From positions 47,926,001 through 47,990,000 of the forward strand of contig OZ231126.1 of assembly GCA_965153355.1 (NCBI GenBank): a stretch of 64,000 nt of DNA, read 5' to 3'. The stretch's first letter is position 1. Each line of letters starts with the position of its first letter. The position numbers and the translations under genes were made by a program. This DNA comes from Flaccisagitta enflata (lineage: Eukaryota). Below the pieces are notes generated by a model that made no database searches, was not told where the DNA came from, and saw nothing but the letters and a program-made list of their open reading frames with translations. Shown here piece after piece: positions 25,851 to 43,400 of this stretch.

Positions 25851-26764
25851 TTATCTTCATGAGTGCAAACAATATATTTGAGATCATGATTGTTTACACA
25901 CCAGCTGCATTCTTTCTTGAGGCCTAACAGCCACCTCTTCTCCTTCCTCTTCTCCATCTTCTGCTAAAGTCTCCACTTCATCTTCATCAATGACCTCGAT
26001 GTCACTTGTCATCAAGCGAGCCGAGTTTCCGGCGCCGTTGCTTTCGCGCGCAGAAAGTTCGATGACCTCCTCGTCCGAATGATATTCTGGATCGCAAGTG
26101 GCGGCGTTGTCAATTCGGAATGAGAAACGAACATTCAACTTGCCCACCTCGTCACTAAACGGCTTTGTGAAGTCTGATTTCAATACAAGATAGAAGAGAA
26201 TTGTCTGTTAACCTTGATTATCGTCGATTATTTCCCATCTTGTTTTCCGTAGTCTATTGGTCTCTTTGTATATTTGTGTGCCGGTCTGTCTTTCTGTTAG
26301 TTGGTGTTGCTGTCTGTTGCATTGAGGACGGAGGACGAGTCGTCTTTGTCTGAAGCACTTGGGACATAGCACGACGAGTTGCCTGTGGCATCGAGGACAG
26401 TGGAAGCGGTGCCATTGCTTGTGACATTGAGGGCAGAGGAGGCGACATCGTTCTCCGCAGCATTGTGGACTGGGCCAGAAGCATTGTCGTGTTTGGAGTT
26501 GAAGATGGCGGATGCGCCAATGGAAGCAACTTCGTCCACAAATTTGAAGATGTGGGAAGAGTCGGAGGGAGAGGCGTCTTTTGAACAAACTGCGACTGCG
26601 CGACTGGTTTTGTGGCCGGCGGAGACGTGGAACGAAGCGCAGAATTAGCGCTCAAATTTCCCTTTTAAGAAATGTTTAGGTCGTGCTGTATTTTTCCTTT
26701 TAGGCGCTCCACCCAATTCCTTGATACATTGATGTAATTTCAATTTCTTTCACATTATTTTCAG

Positions 26765-26800
<36 letters not shown>

Positions 26801-27423
26801 CTCTCTTGCTTTTGATATCAAATTGTTTTCGGGTTTGAGTCTATATTGATTGGGGGCCTTAGATCTAGATAATTTCATGCAGAAAGGAGAGATACAGTAT
26901 GAGTTTGCGTCGTCGATTGAAATGACAGAGTACGCAGCGGCGATCGCTGCTGTCGTTGTTTGATTTGCTGACTACATTTACGGGTTGAAAATGACTGGCA
27001 ATCTAACTTCTCATCGTGTGCACAAGAAAAAAAAAATGAAAAGAAAATTTTCGAAATAAAATAAATCTTGACTCGACATCAACTTGACGGGCAAATATTG
27101 AATTACCTGACATTTTCTTCCTGGATACATGAAGCGACGATCAAAGTCGCCGTGTCCCAAACGATTGCAGCACTTTTCTTACTTCCCGTACAACTTGAGG
27201 AAAAAACGAAATTTGTTCGCCAGGGAAATTTCCTTCTCGACGACTTAGCCTTTCCGTTCTAAAGACAGTACACAACTCAGGAAGGGTGGGGAGGAATACG
27301 TCTTCTTTTGCCATATGCTGACAATCTAGCAACCAATTTTTCAAAGCAGCATTGGGAGTCACTGATGCCAGATAGCACTTATCAGGCGTCAAACGATGGT
27401 TGCATTTAACTCTGTTTTTCGTA

Positions 27424-28019
27424 ACCATGGCAAAAAAAAAAGAGACAAATTGTTTTTCAATGTTTCACATTCATCCAATAAGAAAAACATAGCAAAATCC
27501 ATGACTGTTTTAAAGATCTTCAAAAGATCTTCAAAATGGGACCATGCTGGTTGTTGAAGCTTTATTCGTTTAGAAATGACACAGGGATAAAGAGTAGATG
27601 GTCAAGACTGTAAAAGCCAAGTTGAAAAAGCTGTACTTTTTTGTTAGTTCATAAAAAAACAGAGAAAAAAAATATTTTTTAACTTTTTCATTAAGGTATT
27701 TTCAAAGATTTTTAAATTTTCTTTCATTCGAGACCAATCCCAGATCTGTAACTCAAACCGTTTAGAAGTTAGAGCTTGTCAAAGTGAATTACTTCTTTTC
27801 AAAACCTTTTGAATACAGTTAAATCAAAAAATTGAATATAGCAATGTTTTCATTCATTCTTGTGCCATTTCTAAACGAATAAAGCTAGAACTACCAGCAA
27901 CGTCGCGTTTGAAAGATCTTTTGCAGATCTTTAAAACGGCCATAGATTTTTTATATTTCATATCGTTAGCTCAGCAGAAATAAGCTAAATAAGTTGTCTC
28001 TTTTTTTTTTTGCCATGGT
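27424..28019. mobile_element. TA-flanked TIR element; relative at 31365-31895 in astacin B intron 4
   Basis: ACCATGGCAAAAAAAAAAGAGACAA / TTGTCTCTTTTTTTTTTTGCCATGGT; shared internal CCAGATCTGTAACTCAAACCGTTTA. Confidence 0.8.
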
Positions 28020-28698
28020 TAGTATTTTAAATGAGCGTCCTTGGCAATCAGTCCGCGAACTTTAGGCTTGTTAGAGTCGTCCGACGTGGGAGGACTTGCC
28101 GGCTAAATGAACAGAATAGTTTCTGAAAAAAGTATGCAATGACCCGTTTTTAGCTGGCTTGTACTCGCCCTAGTTCATTGTAATTCTGATTGATCACTGC
28201 ACTGCTTTCTATTTATTTTTTGTCTTTTGCGCTACTACACTATTGAGTGAATAAATCGACTATATGGGTCCTTGGTGAATTGTGATGTCTATGCACTCGG
28301 TTTTCTTCTTATCTTTTGACGTAGATTTCTGCCAGAGTGCCGTTGACGTGGTCGTTTTATTACTTTGAATTACTTTTAATCGCCTGCACGCAACTCACTT
28401 CATACGGTGGTTGGTTGGAGAATCTGTCGATCGCACTATTTTCCCATTTTTCACGTCATGCACGAATGCCCCATAGCCACGCAAAATCAACTTGAAACTG
28501 GTAACATAGGTTTCTACCCCAATGGATTGTGTCATGTAAATAAACGTTTCGTTTCCAACACCACCTGAACCCGCTTGCACAATGCACATGGCAAAGGACA
28601 CCTTTTATCACTCAAGACATGATTTTCATATGTTTTCCTATACTGATGCGACGTTGCAGGTGTTGAGTCATCCTCAAGATACCATAGAACAACTCAAA

Positions 28699-29364
28699 GA
28701 ATAGTATGAAAGTTGGACAACATTGCTACTCAACAATATCTAAAATAAGGACAAGAGCCTTTGGAGCTCTTACTGGTATTTAATCCGGACCCATCACAAC
28801 TATCCTTTAAATTTCTGAAAAAACATTCCCTCTTCAGAAATTATCATAGGACTTGTCAAAAGTTATGCAACATTTAGAAAAGGGTAACCAATTCCTTTCT
28901 ATACATGAGATATGCAGACCACAAGAAAACACTTGATAAATATGGCGACCATATGAAGAGACCATATCCATCAGGGCACCTTCTTATACTCCTCATATAC
29001 CAAAGATAGCAAGAAACTCAAACTCTCTTCCTCCTGAAACAACCCTCTCAAAAATCCTATGTCAACCCCAAAATCTTGAATTCAAAATTTCTGTAGTATT
29101 TCATTCCAATTGTTAAAAATGTCAAATCACCTCAGGATGAACTAGTTACCAAAAGATAAGCTATTTACCAGAGGCAATGTTGTAAAAAACCAGGCAAGAA
29201 TCGAGGATCAACCATACGGGACCGCCGGCATTCCATACCAAGGTACTGAATAATATGAAAGTTGGACAACATTGCTACTCATCAATATCTAAAATAAGGA
29301 CAAGAGCCTTTGGAGCTCTTACTGGTGTTTAATCCGGACCCATCACAACTATCCTTTAAATTTC
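28699..29364. repeat. 117-bp direct repeat pair (28699-28815 and 29248-29364) around a ~430-bp spacer
   Basis: Near-identical copies from GAATA(G/A)TATGAAAGTTGGACAACATTGCTACTC to CCTTTAAATTTC. Confidence 0.85.
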
Positions 29365-29639
29365 ACACATTACACAGTACACATTACAGATTACTTACAC
29401 GCTGTGTGTGACTGTCACTGTAAGTATTTCTCTGCATGTTCTTTGTCACTAGTGTAACTGAAGCTACCTGCAAACGGCATCTCATGTTTGAGATTTTCTG
29501 ACTTGAATTGAAATTGATGTTATTGATGGTAATGATCACTCAAGTAAGCACAGATTAAAAAAAAAACACTCTTGTACAATTACGAATATAAGGCTTCTAT
29601 TCGTAGGTAAATGTCAGCTCGAAATTATGACAGTAATCA

Positions 29640-34483
<4,844 letters not shown>

Positions 34484-34523
34484 TGTAAAAAATAAAGAAC
34501 TTAATGGAGTAATCGACTTATCC

Positions 34524-34531
34524 CTTTTATA
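34524..34531 (-). promoter_or_regulatory. Putative TATA box of astacin B
   Basis: TATAAAAG about 40 bp upstream of the ATG. Confidence 0.55.
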
Positions 34532-35193
34532 CGCTATATGCTCGATTCTAACAAAGGCAACTATTGTTTTGCGTTAGATTGAGGCGGTTTGATAAAGCAC
34601 ATTTGAATGAAAATGTAAAACTAAAAGCTAAGATATCTTAATGCGCTGTTGCTGTTGGAGAACCTCATTCATTCTGTCAGCTCGTCTGACTGATTTTGAG
34701 CAGCAGCCCTAAATAGTCTGATTACCTGCACTAAGGCTTTGCTAAAATGCATTTTTGAATATTGGTTTAGAAACTGAAATAGGCAACGTTTTTACTCAAA
34801 CTGATGCCATTTCTATACGAAAAAGATAGCAATGCCAGAGTGGCGCCAAATGAAAGTAATTTTGAAGGCCTTTATGGTAAGTTTTTCTAAGATTCATAGG
34901 TAAAATTAGCCATCCAAAATTGCGTCTTTTTTTTTTGGGGGGGGGGGTCGTATGGTATATTGTGATCTGTACTACACTCACTATGATTCATGGATACAAT
35001 TAGAAATTCTAAGCTTGAATTTCGGTTGATATTCAAATTTTAGAGCTGCAATTCTATTTGAAAACTAATGCCTTGAGGCCCGCCCCATTTACACTGATAA
35101 GGGGTGCACCCGGGTGGCAAGTACTGCTAAACATCTAACGCTTCTGTTTAGTCTGCTGTAGGTCATTTCCACAATAAACCGGCCCAGCTGAAA

Positions 35194-35872
35194 TGTCGTA
35201 AATGTGAAAAGCCTCAAAACCTGTATAATAGTGACTCTACCTCATATTTACCGCTTTTTGTGAAGAAGTGGTTGGATGCAACTAGAGTAGCGTGGTCAGG
35301 AGCTGAATGCATGCAAATGTACCCTCGATCTTACAACTACCTTGCAACTCTTGTGCATCGATGTTGCGTGTTTGCAACTTAACCTCATGGATGATCAACT
35401 TCATGAAGAGGAGACTAGAATGCAACTACCTCTTGCTCATGGAGTAAGCTTCTTCTTGAAGGAAGAGGCTAACTGTAGGACTATAAAAGAGTGGTTGATC
35501 ATCCATCGGGGCTCACTCTTTAACTGAGGCCAGTCACTGTAACATCTTGTGACTGAACTAAATGAACCATCAATCCTCAACAAATAACATCAATAGTCAA
35601 CATTTGATATCAATTAACAACAATTACCATCGATTATCTTGCATTGTCTACCATTTGTCATCGCCATCAAATAAATATCATCTATCATCAACTGCGTCTT
35701 TGTCAAATAAAACCGAGTCTTGTAATCAAAGACAATCTCTTCTCTTTTCAACCATCGTTTAAACAACAAACTATAGACAGTGTAATCAATCAATCAATCA
35801 GTCAGTAAAATCGTGTAAACCCATATCTCATGCCCTATAGCGTTGCCAACTGGTTAGAACGTCATTAACTCA
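35194..35872 (+). repeat. 5' LTR
   Basis: TGTCGTAAAT...TTAACTCA; TATAAAAG at 35482; AATAAA motifs near 35670-35711. Confidence 0.95.
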
Positions 35873-35874
35873 GT

Positions 35875-35884
35875 TGGTGGCAGC
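35875..35884 (+). promoter_or_regulatory. Primer binding site, tRNA-Leu type
   Basis: TGGTGGCAGC two nt after the LTR, complementary to the ..GCUGCCACCA 3' end of eukaryotic tRNA-Leu. Confidence 0.8.
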
Positions 35885-37004
35885 TAATGGGAACCTCCTA
35901 ATATTTTAATAACATTATTAGGGGGAAAAGGGACCCAAGACTGTTTTTACAATAATGTTCTAAAATACGCTATGAACGGGAAATCGATTTTTTCATCGGA
36001 AAGAAAAACGCTTTTTTTTTCTCTCCCTTTCTCCGTTAAACTCAAACCATATGAGCCAATTTGTACAAGATCGAAACTGACCATCAAGACGATCATCCAC
36101 TTGACCAAAAATCTCGGAATAAGAAAGAAAAAGAAAGAAAGAAATCGCCGGCTTTAAATTCAAAAGAAACCTCATAGATTTCGGCGATCTAATCACCAAA
36201 ATGTTTTTATTTCTACAAAACACAACCACACTTCTCTCGTAAAACATTTAACAACCTCGTCTGAAAACTAAATTTCTCCTCCTTGCATCTTGAGTTACTC
36301 ATCAACAAAACCTCACATTGCGTTTGACTTGGCCGCCTTAACGAGTCAATCGCCACTATGCGTTAAAATGAATCCGGGAATTAGTAATTCTCATCAAGGT
36401 TGGAAAAACTTCGTTTCTTTGACCTTTTAAGTCGCGTGCACGCGACTCTATGACCCGCTCTGTCGGTCCGTCGGTGTTGGTCTTGTTCCAAATTATGTCC
36501 TGGCTTTGATCATCGATTCAACGCTCAATCTTCATAAATTGATTTTGACCTCGTTTCGTTTCATGCGCAAAGCTTTTGAAGCCTTCGTCCGAAAACTAAC
36601 TTTCCCATTCTTTCATCTTATTGATAACAATCAAACACCCAAATCCTCAGCGCTCAAAACGTACATAATTACAGCAATCTTTTTTGACTTGGGGCTTTAA
36701 TGATCATCGATCGAACACCATTTAGAAATCATATTTTGCGTCATTTAAAAATACGATAGAGTCACCAACAAAATTGTGCTTTACGTCATAGGCAATCACG
36801 TTCTCCTCCTCTGAAAACTAAGCATTTCTCTGTTTTCCGACTTTATTTATTTATCATCGTTATTGACTCAATTAACAATGATAAGGGGGAAGATATAATG
36901 ATCGTGAAGGGAAAACCAGTAAGGAGAATTGAGTGACGATGCTGAGGAGAGTAGCCTGTTGAAGCAAAGATGGGCAAGTAAGGGAAAATACATCAATAAA
37001 CCGC

Positions 37005-38850
37005 ATCCTCTGAGTGGGCCACCACCATCCTCTGAGTGGGCCACCACCATCCTCCGAGTGGGCCTCCACCATCCTCCAAGTGGGCTTCCACCATCCTCCG
37101 AGTGGGCCACCACCATCCTCCGAGTGGGGCCACCACCATCCTCCGAGTGGGCCACCACCATCCTCCAAGTGGGCCACCACCATCCTCCAAGTGGGCCACC
37201 ACCATTATCCGAGTGGGCCACTACCATCATCCGAGTGGGCCACTACCATCCTCCGAGTGGGCCACCACCATCCTCCGAGTGGATCACCGCCATCCTCCTC
37301 CTCCTCCAGGTGGACCACCGCCACCCTCCTCCTCCAGGTGGACCACCGCCATCCTCCTCCTCCGAGTGGACCACCGTCATCCTCCTCCGAGTGGATCACC
37401 GCCATCCTCCTCCTCTGAGTGGACCACCGCCATCCTCCTCCTCCGAGTGGACCACCGCCATCCTCCTCCTCCGAGTGGGCCACCGCCATCCTCCTCCTCC
37501 GAGTGGGCCACCGCCATCCTCCTCCTCCGAGTGGGCCACCGCCATCCTCCTCCTCCGAGTGGACCACCGCCACCCTCCTCCTCCGAGTGGACCACCGCCA
37601 TCCTCCTCCTCCGAGTGGGCCACCGCCATCCTCCTCCTCCAAGTGGGCCACCGCCATCCTCCTCCTCCGAGTGGGCCACCGCCATCCTCCTCCGAGTGGG
37701 CCACCGCCATCCTCCTCCTCCGAGTGGGCCACCGCCATCCTCCTCCTCCGAGTGGGCCACCGCCATCCTCCTCCTCCGAGTGGGCCACCGCCATCCTCCT
37801 CCTCCGAGTGGGCCACCGCCATCCTCCTCCTCTGAGTGGGCCACCGCCATCCTCCTCCACCAAGCTGGCCACCGCCATCCTCCTCCTCGGAGTGGGCCAC
37901 CCCATCCTCCTCCTCCGAGTGGGCCACCGCCATCCTCCACCGAGTGGGCCACCGCCATCCTCCTCCACCGAGTGCCACCGCCATCCTCCACCGAGTGGGC
38001 CACCGCCATCCTCCTCCTCTGAGTGGGCCACCGCCATCCTCCTCCACCAAGTGGGCCACCGCCATCCTCCTCCACCAAGTGGGCCACCGCCATCCTCCTC
38101 CTCCGAGTGGGCCACCCCCATCACCCTCCTCCTCCGAGTGGGCCACCGCCATCCTCCTCCACCGAGTGGGCCACCGCCATCCTCCTCCACCGAGTCGGCC
38201 ACCGCCATCCTCCTCCACCGAGTGGGCCACCGCCATCCTCCTCCTCTGAGTGGGCCACCGCCATCCTCCTCCACCAAGTGGGCCACCGCCATCCTCCTCC
38301 ACCAAGTGGGCCACCGCCATCCTCCTCCACCAAGTGGGCCACCGCCATCCTCCTCCACCAAGTGGGCCACCGCCATCCTCCTCCTCCGAGTGGGCCACCC
38401 CCATCCTCCTCCTCCGAGTGGGCCACCGCCATCCTCCTCCACCGAGTGGGCCACCGCCATCCTCCTCCACCGAGTGGGCCACCGCCATCCTCCTCCACCG
38501 AGTGGGCCACCGCCATCCTCCTCCACCGAGTGGGCCACCGCCATCCTCCTCCACCGAGTGGGCCACCGCCATCCTCCTCCTCTGAGTGGGCCACCGCCAT
38601 CCTCCTCCACCAAGTGGGCCACCGCCATCCTCCTCCTCCGAGTGGGCCACCGCCATCCTCCTCCTCAGAGTAGGCCACCGCCATCCTCTGAGTAAGCCAC
38701 CGCCATCCTCCTCTGAGTAAGCCACCGCCATCCTCCTCCTCTGAGTGGGCCACCGCCATCCTCCTCCTCCAAGTGGGCTACCGCCATCATCTCCTCCGAG
38801 TGGGCCACCGCCATCCTCCTCCTCCAAGTGGGCCACCGCCATCCTCCTCC
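37005..38850. repeat. GC-rich minisatellite (22-bp, then 28-bp units) inside the LTR element
   Basis: GAGTGGGCCACCACCATCCTCC grading into GAGTGGGCCACCGCCATCCTCCTCCTCC. Confidence 0.95.
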
Positions 38851-40441
38851 CTCCAGCTGCAGTGCCGTCCTCCTGCTGCAGCACCATCTCTCTCCGGCTG
38901 CAGCGCCATATATCCAACTGCAACGCTTCAGCCGTGGCATCGCCCATATTTCCCTTGTCTCGCCCCCTCTGCCTTGGTAACATTGAAAGACCAAAATCAA
39001 CCACGGTAACATCCATTACATTCATAACATCGAATATCAGAAATGAAAATCAGATGCGAAGGAGGGATTGATAGATGCAAAATTGGAAACGTACAAATGG
39101 TCAAAATGTATCTATTCAATATTCAGTAAGATCCGTCCTTTGGTCCAAAACGTGTTTGATTTCTTCTAACGAAACGATTCAATTTTTAGTCGCGGACACG
39201 CGACTCTACACCTTGCCGTGTCGGTCGGTAGGTCGGTATGTCGGTCCGTCGGTCCGTCGGTCCGTCGGTCCGTCCGTCACATTTTTGAATTCCGAGCGGT
39301 TTTTGCATTACTGCTCCTGCCCAACAGTCCGCGACTGGATTGCCGTGTATCCGGCCTTGTTTACCTCCTCAATGCCATTGTCTCTCATAAATTTTTAACG
39401 ATTGTAGCATAAATTTATGTTAGAAATGTTCGCCTAATCTTACAGATTTTTCCGCTATTTTCTGTTTTTCACATTACCAAGATCTAATAGTGATATTGTA
39501 AAGCAAAAGGAGTTGAGCAAGAAAGTAGCTACACTTTTGTTTTGAATTGTTTACTTAGATATCGGCATACAGACATCACCAAATCTACTTTAAATTCATA
39601 GCTGTTATAAAATCAACGTTTACCCCTTTCATGTTGGCCGTTTGATCACTTAGTTCCTTGATGTTTACATGTTTGTAAATGTGGCACTGGTTTTACCCGT
39701 CTGGTGAAAGTTCTGTCTGTCAGTGGATCTGTCTGCAAACAAGGGTCGGTGAACCTCTCCTTTTCTTTTACGTCGTGTACTATGTGACTTTCTCTCGCCT
39801 TGTCCATCTGTTGGTTGGTTTGTCCTCATTTGGCGTTTTTAAGCCTTTTGAGCTCACTGCTCCTACCAAAATGCCCTGGTTGTCTTTTCTATCACTGCAT
39901 CTGCCCACCAACACGCGACTGAGGTAGCCGTGTATCCAGCCCTGTAAGGTGTTCATAAAATACTTTTTAGGTGCGACAAAGCACCTCAATAACTGGCTGT
40001 GTCCGTTGGTCAGTCGGTCGGTTGGTCTGTCGGGTAACGCATTTATTTCGACAATCCACACGTCGCACCTTATTGGCCTACTTGGCCTTGTTTTAAGAGC
40101 TGACCTTGGTCAAATGCGACAAGAGTAGTCTTGCCCTCAGCCCTCCATCACATCGCGTGTGCCTAACTTCAGCAGAAGCAGGTAGCCATCTGTACAAACA
40201 TATATCTTTAACGGAAATAGCCATAGGCCAGGTCAACAACAAAGCTGATGAGTTAACAGGTACAGACTGTGATTTGATGCATTGAATGAACACAATGCTT
40301 GGATAACATAAGTATATCATTTTCAGTTACATGCCCATTGATCAAGAGAATTTGTGCAAAAAAAAAAACCGTGAAAATGGAACATCGCATTTTGACTCAC
40401 GCATAGACTAAAAGGCACACTCATGATCTAGCGAAGGCGTG

Positions 40442-43400
40442 ATGGGACTAAATGAAATGATGAAACCTTCAAAAAGTGAGTCAATTTATGTGGATGCTTT
40501 GTGGAGCAGTATTGAAATGGCAAAACTGGCTCAGGAAGAAGCTAATCAGTGGAGAAAAGGTACAAAAAATGAAGCAGGACACAATCAAAATTGGGAGGCA
40601 TTATTTGATAGCTACGGAATGCCGGAACCCAATTCTGGGTTGGCTTCAGTTGGTGCCAACTTGAAATCTAAATCTAAACATGAATTTGATGAATCATACC
40701 TTTGGAATCGTGAAGTCAAACCAACTGAAACCCGTCAAACCCAACCACTGATTGAATATGTCCCAAGCAATCAAGCAACCAACAGTCGCGCAGATAATTA
40801 CCAGGTGACAGACAATAATGGATTTTATGACAAAAGAAGTGAAAATAAGGACGTCTTCGGATGGGAATCTCCAGATACAGGACCCTCACAAAAATCAAAT
40901 TGTGATCTGGATCCTCTGAAGTATTGTAAAGAACAATACACTCGCCAAGACTGGGGCAATAACAGCGTCGAAAACCCTTTACAAAAGCAAGAATGGCAAG
41001 CTGAAATTTGTGGATTTGGATTTGTATCCGAGAATGAATCTGAGTCTGAATCTGAGTCTGAATCTGAGTCTGAATCTGAATCTGAGTCTGAATCTGAGTC
41101 TAAATCAAAGGCTGAATCTGAGGTCGAATCCGAGGTTGAATATTGTGGAACAAACTATGATTTGAGTCACAGTATTGATCAGCTTGATCGACTTCGACTC
41201 CAGCCTCATGCTAAGAGTATACCATCTTTCTCCAGTCAAGCAACAAGAGAAACTAACAAATGGAGAATGGATACCATGAAAAAAATAGACTGCAACCAAG
41301 GATGGAGAACCCCAAATGATAGTACAGTAATGATGACAAAGTACAGTTGGGCACTCAGACAACCTGACATACCTCAAATGCAACCAAACAGTGATAATCC
41401 ACAAGGTCTTGCATTTGATGATCATATGGATATTTCCCAGATGATTGACGAGGATGGATTCTTTGACCCCAGAATGGAAAATTGGGCCATTTTCAGATGT
41501 GCCCCCCAAAACAAAGGGAATTCTGGTATGGCTCTAATGAGTTGCTGTACAGAACAACAAAGTCATAAAGACTTGGGGAATGACTGCAGCCTGAATTCTG
41601 TAAACAAGCAAGCATGGCAAGCTCCAATTTCCATTTATGAATCTGGATCTGACAGTGAATATGAGTCTGAAAGTGAATCTGTCACATCCGAGACTCCATC
41701 TGTCACTGAGTCTGTTGCTGAGTCTGAGATTCTGTTTGTTGCTAAGTCTGTGTCTGTAGATGTATCTGAGTCTGTCAATGAGCCAATCGATGAGTCTGAG
41801 ACTGAATCTGTTGATGAGTCTCAAACTGAGTCTGTCGCTGAGTCCGAGTCTGTCGCTGAGTCCGAGACTGAGTCTGTCGCTGAGTCCGAGACCGAGTCTG
41901 TCGCTGAGTCCGAGACCGAGTCTGCCGCTGAGTCCGAGACCGAGTCTGTCGCTGAGTCCAAGACCGAGTCTGTCGCAGAGTCCAAGACCGAGTCTGTCGC
42001 AGAGTCCAAGACTGAGTCTGTCGCAGAGTCCAAGACTGAGTCTGTCGCAGAGTCCGAGACTCAGTCTGTCGCAGAGTCCAAAAATCCGTCTGTCGCAGAG
42101 TCCAAGACTCCGTCTGTCGCAGAGTCCAAGACTCCGTCTGTCGCAGAGTCCAAGACTCCGTCTGTCGCAGAGTCCAAGACTCTGTCTGTCACAGAGTCCA
42201 AGACTCCGTATGTCGTAGAATCCAAGACTCCGTATGTCGTAGAAACCAAGACTCCGTCTGTCGCAGAGTCCAAGACTCCGTCTGTCGCAGAGTCCAAAAC
42301 TCCGTCTGTCGCAGAGTCCAAAACTCCGTCTGTCGCAGAGTCCAAGACTCCGTCTGTCGCAGAGTCCAAGACTCCGTCTGTCGCAGAGTCCAAGACTCCG
42401 TCTGTCGCAGAGTCCAAGACTCCGTCTGTCGCAGAGTCCAAGACTCCGTCTGTCGCAGAGTCCAAGACTCCGTCTGTCGCAGAGTCCAAGACTCCGTCTG
42501 TCGCAGAGTCCGAGATCGAGTCTGTTGCTGAATACAAGACTCCCTCTTTCTCAGAATCAAAGACTCTGTCTGTCCCAGAGTCTGAGACTCCGCCTGTCGC
42601 AGAGTCCGAGACTCCCTCTGTCGCAGAGTCCGAGACTCCCTCTGTCGCAGAGTCTGAGACTCCCTCTGTCGCAGAGTCCGAGACTCCGTCTGTGGCAGAG
42701 TCCGAGACTCCGTCTGTGGCAGAGTCCGAGACTCCGTCTGTGGCAGAGTCCGAGACTCCGTCTGTGGCAGAGTCCGAGACTCCGTCTGTGGCAGAGTCCG
42801 AGACTCCGTCTGTGGCAGAGTCCGAGACTCCGTCTGTGGCAGAGTCCGAGACTCCGTCTGTGGCAGAGTCCGAGACTCCGTCTGTGGCAGAGTCCGAGAC
42901 TCCGTCTGTCGCAGAGTCCGAGACTCCGTCTGTCGCAGAGTCCAAGACTGCGTCTGTGGCAGAGTCCGAGACTGCGTCTGTGGCAGAGTCCGAGACTGCG
43001 TCTGTGGCAGAGTCCGAGACTGCGTCTGTGGCAGAGTCCGAGACTGCGTCTGTGGCAGAGTCCGAGACTGCGTCTGTGGCAGAGTCCGAGACTGCGTCTG
43101 TGGCAGAGTCCGAGACTGCGTCTGTGGCAGAATCCCAGACTCCGTCTGTCGAAGAATCCCAGACTCCGTCTGTCGAAGAATCCCAGACTCCGTCTGTCGA
43201 AGAATCCCAGACTCCGTCTGTCGAAGAATCCCAGACTCCGTCTGTCGAAGAGTCCCAGACTCCGTCTGTCGAAGAGTCCCAGACTCCGTCTGTCGAAGAG
43301 TCCCAGACTCCGTCTGTCGAAGAGTCCCAGACTCCGTCTGTCGAAGAGTCCCAGACTCCGTCTGTCGAAGAGTCCCAGACTCCGTCTGTCGAAGAGTCCC

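Larger units (their letters stand above)
20312..28110 (-). pseudogene. Scattered exon-like segments of an unidentified, possibly decayed gene
   Basis: GC-richer open stretches (26297-26655, 25884-26183, 22870-23172, 21460-21610, 20312-20775) with splice-like edges. I found no clean in-phase chain; stops and MITE insertions occur. Confidence 0.3.

Noticed and set aside
35342-35762. Duplicated small ORFs (61 and 66 aa; also 50285-50705) and mirror ORFs at 9862/13329
   Set aside because: Chance ORFs inside LTRs and inverted repeats.
36929-39025. Several long Pro-rich/Gly-rich ORFs (up to 606 aa) on both strands
   Set aside because: They arise from a 22/28-bp stop-poor minisatellite; the same peptides rotate through all frames.
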